39,942 bases of DNA from Dehalococcoidia bacterium (lineage in GTDB: Bacteria; Chloroflexota; Dehalococcoidia; Lucifugimonadales; UBA2985), in the NCBI GenBank assembly GCA_963582505.1, contig CAUZSC010000003.1, positions 1 through 39,942 on the forward strand. The letters are read 5' to 3'. This document shows positions 38,681-39,942 of this stretch, in pieces (within the stretch, counting starts at the first letter, position 1; each line of letters begins with the position of its first letter). Below the pieces are notes generated by a model. The model had not been told where the DNA came from. It saw only the letters and a list, made by a program, of their open reading frames with translations, and searched no databases. A program made the position numbers and the translations under genes.

Positions 38681-39942
38681 ATGAATATATTCATTACTGG
38701 AGGAACTGGTTTTATAGGAAGACAAGCTGTCACCTCATTATACGGCAAAGGCCACTCTATAACTGCATGGGTTAGGGATACTACTAGGGCGAAAAACTTG
38801 CTGGGAGATGGAATACGAGTAATTGGTCCAGTTTTAGAAGATACCAACCTGCAATTAGAATTAGAAAACGCAGATGTAGTAATAAACTTGGCAGGTAAAC
38901 CAATAGCAGGCACAAGGTGGACGAGAAAAAATAAAAAAGAGATCAGAGACAGCCGTATCAATATAACCAAGAGGCTAGCAAACACAATAACTAAATGTAA
39001 AACTCCTCCAAGTGTATTTATATCAGCCAGTGCAGTAGGATTTTATGGTAACAACAGCCATGACATATTGACAGAAGATCTTAATAAAGGATCAGGATAT
39101 TTATCAGATATATGTGAAGAATGGGAAAAAGCTGCCTTAGAAGCTTCACTCCCAGAAACAAGGATTTGTTTACTAAGAACAGGGTTGGTGTTGGGTAGAG
39201 AAGGAGGCTTCCTGCAGTCTGTAGCACCTCTATTCGAAATGGGTATAGGTATATATATTGGATCAAATCCATATATCCCGTGGATTCATTTGTCTGATAT
39301 GGTCAGGATAATTGAGTTTTGCATAGAAAACAGTGCCATAGCTGGTGCAGTAAACTGTACCAGCCCCAAACCACAACGAGCAAGAGAATTTGGTATTGCA
39401 ATGAACAACATTACAAATGCTAAGCTACTGTTATCTGTACCACCACTGTTTATTCGCATAATACTTGGAGAAGCCGCAACAACTCTTACAAGTGGACAAT
39501 ATACCTCATCGGCAAAGATAGAACAATTCGGTTTCAATTTTGAATACTCTGAATTAAGCGAAGCCCTGGATGAAGAACTTTCATATAAATACGCGAGTAT
39601 AAAGAATTACAATATTAAGAAAATAGATCCCAATCAAGTCCCTATAACGGAGGCTCATAATATTAAGAATGTCGGTGAATACGAACTTGTATCAGAGGTT
39701 CGTGTACAATCTGATACAGCTACAGTATTCTCATTCTTCTCTTCTCCATTGAACCTAGGCCTACTAACACCCAGTTGGATGAACTTTCAAATACTATCAA
39801 TACCCGACTCCATAAGTACTGGATCCAAAATCACTTATAGAATAGGCTTATGGCTACTAGGCTTTAATTGGCTCACTAATATCGTGATCTGGAAACCTAA
39901 TGAAATGTTCGTTGACCTGCAGGAAAAGGGTCCTTACACATT
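38681..39942 (+). CDS. TIGR01777-family NAD-dependent epimerase fused to a C-terminal SRPBCC-like domain; 3'-truncated, absent from the ORF track
   Basis: Own translation: MNIFITGGTGFIG, VINLAG, SASAVGFYG, CEEWE, LRTGLVL, PWIH, then VFSFFSSPLNLGLLTP...FVDLQEKGPY. Confidence 0.88.
   Translation, partial: MNIFITGGTGFIGRQAVTSLYGKGHSITAWVRDTTRAKNLLGDGIRVIGPVLEDTNLQLELENADVVINLAGKPIAGTRWTRKNKKEIRDSRINITKRLANTITKCKTPPSVFISASAVGFYGNNSHDILTEDLNKGSGYLSDICEEWEKAALEASLPETRICLLRTGLVLGREGGFLQSVAPLFEMGIGIYIGSNPYIPWIHLSDMVRIIEFCIENSAIAGAVNCTSPKPQRAREFGIAMNNITNAKLLLSVPPLFIRIILGEAATTLTSGQYTSSAKIEQFGFNFEYSELSEALDEELSYKYASIKNYNIKKIDPNQVPITEAHNIKNVGEYELVSEVRVQSDTATVFSFFSSPLNLGLLTPSWMNFQILSIPDSISTGSKITYRIGLWLLGFNWLTNIVIWKPNEMFVDLQEKGPYT

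Noticed and set aside
397-39537. Numerous 60-120 aa ORFs antisense to or nested in long genes
   Set aside because: Shadow ORFs of well-supported CDSs, with no motifs or RBS support.

Overview
Mostly chromosomal, AT-leaning bacterial DNA. Gene content and sequence style (GpsA with a GTTSW motif, GuaB3-type IMPDH, orphan Mo-hydroxylase subunit, fused CoA-transferase, Pro/Thr/Tyr-rich lipoproteins) suggest Chloroflexota/Dehalococcoidia, possibly SAR202; this is inference only. Left half: a glycine betaine-type ABC transporter with a tandem-domain binding protein, the minus-strand run argF-der-plsY-gpsA, guaB3, and a sufBCDSU operon. Right half: catabolic and accessory genes (fold-IV aminotransferase, two MFS, SDR, two VOC proteins, XDH-family large subunit, LicD-like protein, cupredoxin lipoprotein, double CoA-transferase, cyclase, kinase, split ADP-forming acyl-CoA synthetase, TIGR01777-SRPBCC fusion), plus tRNA-Pro(TGG) and tRNA-Asp(GTC). 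I see no CRISPR array, transposase, integrase or reverse transcriptase, and cannot claim a clearly new system. The best leads are (1) the binding protein, whose two copies are a mosaic of near-identical DNA tracts differing only at non-synonymous sites, and (2) a ~1.5 kb integrase-less islet behind tRNA-Pro, bounded by a degenerate tRNA-Pro copy and 12-bp-period repeats and carrying a stalked blue-copper lipoprotein. Several small membrane ORFs and the last gene are missing from the ORF track. All family assignments are from motif recognition, not database searches.
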